A DNA stretch of 37,890 nt from a virus. Its lineage: Duplodnaviria; Caudoviricetes. Shown here one piece after another: positions 26,816-33,715 of this stretch (positions within the stretch are counted from its first letter, which is position 1; each line of letters begins with the position of its first letter). The notes beneath the pieces were generated by a model, which saw only the letters and a list, made by a program, of their open reading frames with translations, did no database searches and had not been told where the DNA came from. Both the position numbers and the translations under genes were made by a program. The stretch lies in the IMG/VR virus record IMGVR_UViG_3300005573_001184, positions 1-37,890 of that record. One strand, written 5' to 3'.

Positions 26816-26831
26816 TGGCATGGCACGTGCT
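26816..26831 (+). promoter_or_regulatory. Sigma54-type -24/-12 promoter
   Basis: TGGCATGGCACGTGCT versus TGGCACG-N4-TTGCW; GG and GC correctly spaced. Confidence 0.65.
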
Positions 26832-26844
26832 TTTTTACCTGCTG

Positions 26845-26890
26845 CCTTGCCCGAAACGGCGCCCGGGCAGGGTCAAGTGAACCTGGCGCC
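26845..26890 (+). ncRNA. H-type pseudoknot motif II, copy 1
   Basis: Stem CCTTGCCCG/CGGGCAGGG, loop AAAC-GGCGCC, linker with TGAAC, distal GGCGCC, then AGGAG RBS. Confidence 0.6.
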
Positions 26891-26906
26891 ACAGGAGAAA
26901 GGAAAA

Positions 26907-27644
26907 ATGAACGAATCGCAACTTATCCGATTCAGGGCGGTCATCAGGTCGCTCAGCGAATCTACGGCGGTCACACTGACCGCCGAAGGGCTGGTCGCCC
27001 GCGTTAGTGGGCGCTGCTCGCCCTATCGCAGTCACCGAACGGTCAACCACCACTGGGTGGACAAGAAGGAAGGCTGGCACGCCGTCAACAATCGCTATCA
27101 GATAGTAATCAATCCTCCCTCGGAACTCGACATAGTCCCGATGTTGGGCGGGACGCATCCCCACCATAAGCTGCGGTGGGAGCGGCATTTGCTTCCACGC
27201 CCACTCCTGGAGCCGTTGCTCCAGGAATTCACTAGGTGGATCGGGGTTCGGTTTCCCCAGTTCCCACCGCTTGTGTCCTGCGCGCTCCCGGTGCCGGAGC
27301 TCGCGATGTTTACCGGCGGCGGCAAGCCGGTCTTCTGCTTCCAGTCAGCAGACTGGATCCACAATGAGTGCATTCAGGGCGAGGGCTGGCGCGCTTATCG
27401 CGCTGGAGACGAAACGCCGGACGATTGGCCGGTAATTGTTCCACCGGCAAACTTGCCGGGACTCGCAATCCTCGCCGGCGGGTGCCCCTCGGGCAACCCA
27501 ATCCAGTCGCCACACGGGTGGTACGACCGCCCATGGTCGCTGGTCGCAGTGAAACGTCCCGACGTGGACATCATGTCGAAGGCGGGGAGTGCCACCAACC
27601 TGCCTCTGGGCCGGTGGTGGATCACGGTCGATGACACGCACTGA
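26907..27644 (+). CDS. Hypothetical early protein, 245 aa (Trp/Pro-rich)
   Basis: ATG 26907 after AGGAGAAAGGAAAA. Confidence 0.75.
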   Translation: MNESQLIRFRAVIRSLSESTAVTLTAEGLVARVSGRCSPYRSHRTVNHHWVDKKEGWHAVNNRYQIVINPPSELDIVPMLGGTHPHHKLRWERHLLPRPLLEPLLQEFTRWIGVRFPQFPPLVSCALPVPELAMFTGGGKPVFCFQSADWIHNECIQGEGWRAYRAGDETPDDWPVIVPPANLPGLAILAGGCPSGNPIQSPHGWYDRPWSLVAVKRPDVDIMSKAGSATNLPLGRWWITVDDTH

Positions 27645-27650
27645 ATCTCC

Positions 27651-27688
27651 AGGACCGGCGGACCACAGCCCGCCGGTCCTTCTCGTTT
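27651..27688 (+). terminator. Terminator-like hairpin
   Basis: AGGACCGGCGG-N8-CCGCCGGTCCT then TCTCGTTT, 6 nt after the stop codon. Confidence 0.5.
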
Positions 27689-27689
27689 G

Positions 27690-27745
27690 CTGACCCTCGG
27701 CGCGGCGCCCCGGGCAACCGGGGTGCCGGGCCGGCGATCAGCCGG
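27690..27745 (+). ncRNA. Repeated structured motif I, copy A
   Basis: CTGACC-CTC-GGCGC-[GGCGCCCCGG GCAA CCGGGGTGCC]-GGGCCGGC-GATCAG-CCGG. Confidence 0.6.
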
Positions 27746-27820
27746 ACAAACGCGGTTACCTGCGCAAAGATCGGCCGGGCACAGCGCAATTACTTGCGCT
27801 GTTGCTTGCGCAGAGACGCA

Positions 27821-27863
27821 CTGCCCGCAAAGGCGCCCGGGCAGAGCACATGAACTAGGCGCC
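27821..27863 (+). ncRNA. H-type pseudoknot motif II, copy 2
   Basis: CTGCCCG-CAAA-GGCGCC-CGGGCAG...TGAAC..GGCGCC then GGAGG. Confidence 0.6.
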
Positions 27864-27881
27864 GGAGGAAAGGGAACAAAA

Positions 27882-28244
27882 ATGAACACTGGGTATAAGT
27901 TGGTTCGGGTGTACAAAGGCAGGAGATACAGCATGGCTTGCCCCCGTCAAGGGGAAGTCGAATACGAACCGGGGAAAGTGGTGCGGTCCCGCCCCGGGTG
28001 CGGTCCGCTTGCAGTGTTTGATTGCGAACAAGATGCACGCAGAGCATTCGACGCGTGCAGAGAGATGCACCTGGAGATGTGGCGGTGTGAGTACACTCGG
28101 ACCAAACGCCGGTTGATGATGCCGGACCGCAAGGTTTACCGGCTCTGGACGCGGTGGCAGTATTTGGTATGGGGGCCACCGCTGCCGGTGACACCCGGCA
28201 CCGACTATGCGGTGTCGGTGCGGTTGGTCGAGCGGATCGCCTAG
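27882..28244 (+). CDS. Hypothetical early protein, 120 aa
   Basis: ATG 27882 after GGAGGAAAGGGAAC; distant paralog of 30813..31355. Confidence 0.75.
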   Translation: MNTGYKLVRVYKGRRYSMACPRQGEVEYEPGKVVRSRPGCGPLAVFDCEQDARRAFDACREMHLEMWRCEYTRTKRRLMMPDRKVYRLWTRWQYLVWGPPLPVTPGTDYAVSVRLVERIA

Positions 28245-28264
28245 CCCCTCCACGGTCAGCGGCG

Positions 28265-28321
28265 CTGACCATCGACGCGGTGCTCTGGGCTGACCGGAGC
28301 ACCGGGCCGGCGGTTAGCCGG
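28265..28321 (+). ncRNA. Repeated structured motif I, copy B
   Basis: CTGACC-ATC-GACGC-[GGTGCTCTGG GCTGA CCGGAGCACC]-GGGCCGGC-GGTTAG-CCGG. Confidence 0.6.
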
Positions 28322-28364
28322 ACAAACGCGCAATTACTTGCGTGGTTGCTTGCGCAGAGACGCA

Positions 28365-28409
28365 CTGCCCGTAAAGGCGCCCGGGCAGGACAGAGTGAAC
28401 CAAGGCGTC
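28365..28409 (+). ncRNA. H-type pseudoknot motif II, copy 3
   Basis: CTGCCCG-TAAA-GGCGCC-CGGGCAG...TGAAC...GGCGTC then AGGAG. Confidence 0.6.
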
Positions 28410-28423
28410 ACAGGAGAAAGAAA

Positions 28424-29407
28424 ATGAGAACGATCACACTCAATTGCAATTCAGTCCTCGAGGGCATAGAGCTCCTCGAGGGTAGCACCCAGCTCGTAAT
28501 CGGGCTGGGCGAATCCGGGCGCGGGCGGCGGTTCACCGCCGTCCCCGTCCCGGGAAACAGCCGGATCCAGTGGATCCGGCATCCGGGCGAGTATGCTCGG
28601 CTTGTCTTTCCCAATGGGGCAACGAACTGGCCGGTGCCAGTTCGTGAGACCCACAACACCACCGATGGTTCCCGCTGGGAACCCGTCGTCGAATTCCGCG
28701 GCTGGGTTCTGGCCGCGGGACAAGCGGACAGCAACGACCTGCTGGTCCGGATCCCGGACCAGTCAGGGTTCCGGGGCTCGTGGTCGCTCGAGACCACGGG
28801 CCAGGTCATTCGCCTGGCGGAGGGCTTCTCCGCCCAAGGCGATGCGGGGAGAATGGGCGGCGGCCCGGACGTTTTGCTCCGGGTCAGTCCCGGGGCGGTG
28901 ATCACCATCCGCCGATCCGGTCGGCTCTACGGCAAGCCGGCCGTAGGCGTGTGGCGCTGGAACGGCGCCAGCCTCGAGCGGCGCGTCGAGGTGGTGGACC
29001 CATTGGGCGCGGGCGCTCCCGAGTGGGGGCGCGGGGAGCCCAAGCCGATGGCGAGCCAGTTCGCCCTCGGCGGGGGCGACTCAATCCAGACCGGCACCGC
29101 CGAGCAGTGCCGGGCCTACTTCCAGGCCGAGCGAGAAAGGATCGCTCGGCTGATCTCCGACTGGCTTGCGGGCGAATCGGCCCGCAAAGCCGAGGCCGAA
29201 CGGCGTGCGGCTGAAGAGGCCGCACGCAAGACGGCTGAAGAGGCAGCCGCTCGTGCGGCGGCTGAGGAAGCCGCTCGCCAACGCGAGCGCGAAGTTCGCG
29301 CCGCTTGCCAGTTCGCCGGGATTACCCCGGCGATATTCGCCGCCATGTCGCCGAAAGAACAACGTTTGGCGGTCCATCGGGCCCGGCTCGCCGGGCTCCT
29401 CAAGTAG
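28424..29407 (+). CDS. Hypothetical early protein, 327 aa, with C-terminal A/E/R-rich helix
   Basis: ATG 28424 after AGGAGAAAG; Gly-rich beta-type N-terminus, EEAARK-type helical repeats. Confidence 0.75.
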   Translation: MRTITLNCNSVLEGIELLEGSTQLVIGLGESGRGRRFTAVPVPGNSRIQWIRHPGEYARLVFPNGATNWPVPVRETHNTTDGSRWEPVVEFRGWVLAAGQADSNDLLVRIPDQSGFRGSWSLETTGQVIRLAEGFSAQGDAGRMGGGPDVLLRVSPGAVITIRRSGRLYGKPAVGVWRWNGASLERRVEVVDPLGAGAPEWGRGEPKPMASQFALGGGDSIQTGTAEQCRAYFQAERERIARLISDWLAGESARKAEAERRAAEEAARKTAEEAAARAAAEEAARQREREVRAACQFAGITPAIFAAMSPKEQRLAVHRARLAGLLK

Positions 29408-29415
29408 CCACAATC

Positions 29416-29455
29416 GCCCGCGGGAATGCCATGTCCTCGCGGGCAAACCTTTTTG
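29416..29455 (+). terminator. Terminator-like hairpin
   Basis: GCCCGCG-GGA...TCC-T-CGCGGGC followed by AAACCTTTTT. Confidence 0.4.
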
Positions 29456-29458
29456 GGA

Positions 29459-29514
29459 CTGATCTCCGACGCGACGTCCCGGTCATCCGGGACGCCTGGC
29501 CGGCGATCAGCCGG
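29459..29514 (+). ncRNA. Repeated structured motif I, copy C
   Basis: CTGATC-TCC-GACGC-[GACGTCCCGG TCAT CCGGGACGCC]-TGGCCGGC-GATCAG-CCGG. Confidence 0.6.
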
Positions 29515-29594
29515 GGCAACCCCGCGGTCAGTTGCGCAGACCGCGGAAACACGAACCAGCCGATAGCGCAGTCGGCACCGGAAAATATGGAAAA

Positions 29595-29984
29595 ATGAGC
29601 ACGCTAAATCTAACCCAGCATGTGGCAACGCCCCAGCAGATCGCTGACGGTGTTGTGGAACCGTCAGACGAAACCAAACAGCGCATCAAAGCGCTGTTAA
29701 CGTTCGAGGAAATTCCGAAGTGCGATGAAGTCGAACGTCGGGCAAACGAACTGGCCAGCATTGCCAAGGCCAGCGGCCACGCCAACGCCCTTATCGGAGG
29801 GGCGCCGTGGTTCATGGCGCCGTTGGAACGGGCGCTTGTGTATGCCGGCATCATGCCGGTGTACTCGTTCTCGCAGCGTCGGTCGATCGAGCGCATCGAC
29901 GACGCCGGGAAAGTCATTAAATCGACAGAGTTCGTTCACATCGGCTTCATCCCGGTGTGGGGAACGTTCCAACGCGGACGGTAG
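29595..29984 (+). CDS. Conserved phage protein resembling Csx20-type ring nucleases, 129 aa
   Basis: LNLTQHVATPQQ...ALIGG...PVYSFSQRRSIE...GKVIKSTEFVHIGF. The CDS is solid; the family resemblance is from memory. Confidence 0.6.
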   Translation: MSTLNLTQHVATPQQIADGVVEPSDETKQRIKALLTFEEIPKCDEVERRANELASIAKASGHANALIGGAPWFMAPLERALVYAGIMPVYSFSQRRSIERIDDAGKVIKSTEFVHIGFIPVWGTFQRGR

Positions 29985-29986
29985 CC

Positions 29987-30187
29987 ATGCGCGACAAGAT
30001 CGAATTGATCGTGGCGCTCGATACGCTTGAGGATGGCTTGCGCGAACGTATCGGCGCACGATTGCCTCCGGAGAACGTGCCGCGCAAGGCAGCGTTGCGG
30101 GCAATCAAACGACTTGCGCGAGACCAACAGGAGCTCAACAGAGCCCTCCAGGTCATGCGCAGAATGATCGCGAGATACGAACAATGA
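29987..30187 (+). CDS. Hypothetical coiled-coil protein, 66 aa
   Basis: ATG 2 nt after the previous stop; ATGA overlap with the next gene. Confidence 0.65.
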   Translation: MRDKIELIVALDTLEDGLRERIGARLPPENVPRKAALRAIKRLARDQQELNRALQVMRRMIARYEQ

Positions 30188-30381
30188 AGGCCAAGATCAT
30201 GATGATACTCGAACGCCGGGGCAAGTGGTATTACTTGCCTCAAACGATTGATGCCAGCCCCGGCCAGAAACTACCGAACGGCGACGTGATCATCGCCGTC
30301 GGCAACACCCGCCGCCAAGCGGAGATTACTTGCCGAATGCACAATGGACGCAATAGGAGGAAACATGCACAGGCACCTTAA
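30184..30381 (+). CDS. Hypothetical protein, 65 aa
   Basis: ATGA-coupled ORF in a tight run of small genes. Confidence 0.6.
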   Translation: MKAKIMMILERRGKWYYLPQTIDASPGQKLPNGDVIIAVGNTRRQAEITCRMHNGRNRRKHAQAP

Positions 30382-30586
30382 AAAATTAGTTGACACAGCG
30401 CGAAAACACGGGTATTATGCACCCGTGAAAGAGCACAATAAAATCATTCAGGAGATTGCGGATGACCTGTACCGGCACCGCAATGCGGAGGAAGCCTTAG
30501 ACTGCGCCATCTGCGATATGCTGCGGGAAGCAATCCGCGTGCTGGCACAGATCGAGGATCAACAGCAAAAACAGGAGACAAAATGA
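30365..30586 (+). CDS. Hypothetical helical protein (alternative leaderless GTG start at 30425)
   Basis: GGAGG RBS before ATG 30365; ATGA overlap with the next gene. Confidence 0.6.
   Translation: MHRHLKKLVDTARKHGYYAPVKEHNKIIQEIADDLYRHRNAEEALDCAICDMLREAIRVLAQIEDQQQKQETK
30390..30418 (+). promoter_or_regulatory. Near-consensus sigma70 promoter
   Basis: TTGACA-N17-TATTAT with upstream TTAAAAAATT. Confidence 0.65.
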
Positions 30587-30816
30587 GACTTTCAATCAAT
30601 TGGTATCCGACGCGGTCGTTCAACATGCCCGTCGGATGCAGCACAAACGATTTAAACCCGGACTATCCCTGTCTGGGCTGCGGGCAAATGACCTGCAGCG
30701 AGTCCGGATATTGTCCGGACTGCGAGGACGTTCGCTGCGGGCACTGCATGCGCCCGCTGGATCCGGACGGATTTTGTCCGAAATGCGATGAACCACCAAT
30801 GGAGGATACACGATGA
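30583..30816 (+). CDS. Small double zinc-ribbon protein
   Basis: CLGC, CPDC, CGHC, CPKC; AGGAG RBS. Confidence 0.7.
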   Translation: MRLSINWYPTRSFNMPVGCSTNDLNPDYPCLGCGQMTCSESGYCPDCEDVRCGHCMRPLDPDGFCPKCDEPPMEDTR

Positions 30817-31355
30817 AATCACGCAAAACACAACACGCCTTCAAAGCTTTCAGCTTTGATGGTATGAATTACTTTTCGTTGTCGATGCGGTGGCCCAACA
30901 GGTACATGTACCGGCTGGAAGAATGGAACGTGCCAGATAAATGCTGTGGACCGTTCTGCGTCACACTTCACGAAGCAACTGCGGTTCAGCTTGCCAAGCA
31001 AGAAAGTATCCGGGCAGCAACGCAAGTATGGAAGGTTGAATACGCCCCATCCAAAGAACAAGCAATGTGGGTGCACACCGGATTTAGAACCCGGTACAAT
31101 CCTAAAAAGTTGCCTGCTGGAACGGTGCTAGCAAGCGGCATACTGCTTGTAACGCCATGCTCGCCAATATTCGGCGCCGAATTCCTGCAATATCACCAAT
31201 GGTTCCGGGATAACTGGAACGCGGCACGCACCTTTATCGACCCCGCCTGTATTGCAGAACACGTAGCGGAGCGAATGAGCAGGACGTTAGGCCACCAAAT
31301 ACATCCGACAAGGATTTTAGAGCTCGTAGAGGATTATCTTAGTCGTTGCCTGTAA
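30813..31355 (+). CDS. Hypothetical protein, 180 aa
   Basis: GGAGG RBS, ATGA overlap; N-terminal part resembles the 27882..28244 product. Confidence 0.72.
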   Translation: MKSRKTQHAFKAFSFDGMNYFSLSMRWPNRYMYRLEEWNVPDKCCGPFCVTLHEATAVQLAKQESIRAATQVWKVEYAPSKEQAMWVHTGFRTRYNPKKLPAGTVLASGILLVTPCSPIFGAEFLQYHQWFRDNWNAARTFIDPACIAEHVAERMSRTLGHQIHPTRILELVEDYLSRCL

Positions 31356-31392
31356 TCTACTAGTTTGTAAACCCTAAAGACAAAGGAAACGT

Positions 31393-32718
31393 ATGAGCAC
31401 AGAAACCAACAATGAGCAAGTCGCACTAACGAAACCCGAAACGCAGCTGCCTGCTCCTGGACCGAGTATGGCGGTTGAAAAAGCGAGCGATCAGCAAGTG
31501 GCGCCAGCGGCGGCGCCGCCGGCTGATCCGCTCGAAGCCCGCGCCCGCGCTGTCGGCGAACTGTCGATCAGCGGCGTGGTTAAAGCGTCCACCCTGAAAC
31601 TGACAAAGCGGGAGAATGATGAGCTGACGGCGGATTTCCCAGACGAAGCGATCGAGTTGGGCGCTGGCGGAAACCCAACGTTGTTGTACATAAGCCATGC
31701 TTATCTAAGACAGCGCCTTAATAAGGTGCTTGGGCTCGGTGAAGCCGTCTTCATCGGACTCAAGCATTGGGCCGAAGAAAGCATGCAGAAAACGAAGTAC
31801 GGCATGCGCAAGGTAGTCCGCATCTATTACCAAGGCCAATTATTCGTGCGGGGCGTCATGGTCGGTGAAGGACTCGGGGACGCAATCTACTACCCCGATA
31901 ACGCCTCGCAGACGTACTCCGATTGTTTTGAGGCCGCCAAGAGCAACGCTTTCAGACGGGCCTGCAAGCACTTCGGTGTTGGTCTCCAGGTCTGGTTGCC
32001 AGAATGGATTGCTGGTTGGAAACAGCGGCACCCGGACAAACTCGCCGCGGCGTACGCCAAGGCGGGAATCCCGCCGACAGACGAAGACAAGGCTATAATC
32101 GACGCGTGGCGCGCTAAGCAGAAAGACGTCGTGGCTCATCCGGTTCAGCCGGTGGCAGAGCAGCCTGCGCAGGAAACTCCAGAAGAAAAACGGCAACGCT
32201 GGATAAAGATGTGCCTTGAGGCAGCTGGCGGTCAAAAGGCTATTGTTGAGGAAGTCCTGGAACTCATGGGCAAGCTCGAGCCGATGCAGGGGCTCGATAA
32301 CTTGCCGCTCGACGCTGTACCGAAAACCAAAAAGGAAGCTGATGCTATCCTCGAGGGCATTCGGGCACAGTACGAAGCCATCCAGACCGGGCTCGGCAAG
32401 GCGGATCGCGCCGAGCCTCCTGCTGAGACCGCGCCACCAGACGTTTCGGGCGCGCCAAGCCATGGCGATTCTGAGGTCATCCTCGAGGGAGCGCTGGCTA
32501 AGCTCTTGAAGAAGCCGGCAAAGAATGGAGGCATGCGCTATTCTGTCTGCGTCGAGCGCGAGCCCGGCGAACAGGGAGAATGGGCGGCAACGTTCGACCA
32601 ACAAGACGGTGCGCTGCTCGAATCGTTGCACGAGGGAACGCACATCAAAGTCCGTTGCGTCCACGGAAAGTACGGGCTGACCATTATCAAAAAGGGGATC
32701 ACCGTGGTCCAGCAATGA
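31393..32718 (+). CDS. Rad52/Mgm101(Sak)-like single-strand annealing protein with C-terminal extra domains
   Basis: YISHAYLRQRLNKVLG...EAAKSNAFRRACKHFGVGLQVW.PEWIAGWK; OB-like C-terminus. Confidence 0.8.
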   Translation: MSTETNNEQVALTKPETQLPAPGPSMAVEKASDQQVAPAAAPPADPLEARARAVGELSISGVVKASTLKLTKRENDELTADFPDEAIELGAGGNPTLLYISHAYLRQRLNKVLGLGEAVFIGLKHWAEESMQKTKYGMRKVVRIYYQGQLFVRGVMVGEGLGDAIYYPDNASQTYSDCFEAAKSNAFRRACKHFGVGLQVWLPEWIAGWKQRHPDKLAAAYAKAGIPPTDEDKAIIDAWRAKQKDVVAHPVQPVAEQPAQETPEEKRQRWIKMCLEAAGGQKAIVEEVLELMGKLEPMQGLDNLPLDAVPKTKKEADAILEGIRAQYEAIQTGLGKADRAEPPAETAPPDVSGAPSHGDSEVILEGALAKLLKKPAKNGGMRYSVCVEREPGEQGEWAATFDQQDGALLESLHEGTHIKVRCVHGKYGLTIIKKGITVVQQ

Positions 32719-32870
32719 TTTACGTGTGCCGAGCGGACGTGGCCGGGGAGCCTCCACCCCATCGCCTCATGCACTCCCATCGGTCTGGTAATCTGCGAAC
32801 CCACCACGCCGTTGTCTCCTGCGGCCTCTGGTGGGCGGCACACAAATCCAACGTGGAGAATGGCATATGA
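32715..32870 (+). CDS. Small hypothetical protein, 51 aa
   Basis: ATGA overlaps with both neighbours. Confidence 0.4.
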   Translation: MIYVCRADVAGEPPPHRLMHSHRSGNLRTHHAVVSCGLWWAAHKSNVENGI

Positions 32871-33658
32871 ACGAAACACAACATTGGTACAAACCGGACG
32901 GGACGCCCATGCACTTCGTCGAGCTTAAGACACGTGCTGGAACGCGTCCGACCACGATACGCGACGCGCGCCTTCTCGGGCTTTACCCTTCTGTGACGAC
33001 CGTGCTCAAGGACGTGCTGCGAAAGCCGGGCCTGGAAAGATACTTCGTCAGACAAGCTGTTCTGGCAGTTGCCACGGCGCCGGACATTCCTGGCGAATCG
33101 ATCGACGATAAGATTACGCGCGTGCTCGAGGTCGAGCGACAGCAGGACCAAGAGGGTGCACAAGCGCGCGACCTTGGGTCACTGGTGCATGAACTAATCC
33201 ACTCACATTTGATGGGGAAAGATTGGGGGCCGGGCGTTGACGAGCTCCCAGACGGACCAGCGTACCTTAAAGCGGCAATGTCCGCTATAGAACAGTTCGG
33301 CAAGGCAGTCGCTTCCGAATTTGTAGTGATCGGCCCCGGATTCGCCGGCACCGTGGACTTGCTGACAGAACGTGACGGTGTCAAAACCGTCATCGACTTC
33401 AAGACCTGCAAAGAACTTCCAAAAGCGTCATGGCCAGAGCATCGCTTGCAACTAGCCGCCTATGCCTCGCGCATCGGGGGTGTGACTCAGACCTGCAACG
33501 TGTATCTCTCAACGACTTGTCCAGGCGGCGTCATTCCTTGCGTCAATGAAAACTGGCAAAAGGATTACGAGGTCTTCAAGAAGGTGTTCGACGTCTGGTG
33601 CTGGATGCAGAATTACTATCCGGCGCCGAAACCTGAACAGCAAAGCAATGGAGCGTAG
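32867..33658 (+). CDS. PD-(D/E)XK exonuclease, partner of the annealase
   Basis: YPSVTTVL, GSLVHELI, FAGTVDLL, VIDFKT, LQLAAYA. Confidence 0.88.
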   Translation: MNETQHWYKPDGTPMHFVELKTRAGTRPTTIRDARLLGLYPSVTTVLKDVLRKPGLERYFVRQAVLAVATAPDIPGESIDDKITRVLEVERQQDQEGAQARDLGSLVHELIHSHLMGKDWGPGVDELPDGPAYLKAAMSAIEQFGKAVASEFVVIGPGFAGTVDLLTERDGVKTVIDFKTCKELPKASWPEHRLQLAAYASRIGGVTQTCNVYLSTTCPGGVIPCVNENWQKDYEVFKKVFDVWCWMQNYYPAPKPEQQSNGA

Positions 33659-33715
33659 CATGCACGAGCAAGAGCTGTTGATGGCAGCCTACATCGTCCT
33701 GCTGCTGACGGCGTA

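Noticed and set aside
29440-29500. c-di-GMP-I riboswitch (GGGCAAACC...GGGACGC)
   Set aside because: Lacks the GNRA-capped stem and GCAAAG junction at the right spacing; explained by motif I.
27690-29514. Integron attC sites
   Set aside because: Only copy B has a GTTAG core, none has a proper RYYYAAC inverse core, and no integrase is visible. Kept only as a weak alternative.
26845-29594. CRISPR array or mini-array
   Set aside because: Repeats are separated by whole genes, not 30-40 nt spacers; no cas genes.
32867-33658. CRISPR Cas4
   Set aside because: No clear 1+3 Fe-S cysteine arrangement; context is recombination.
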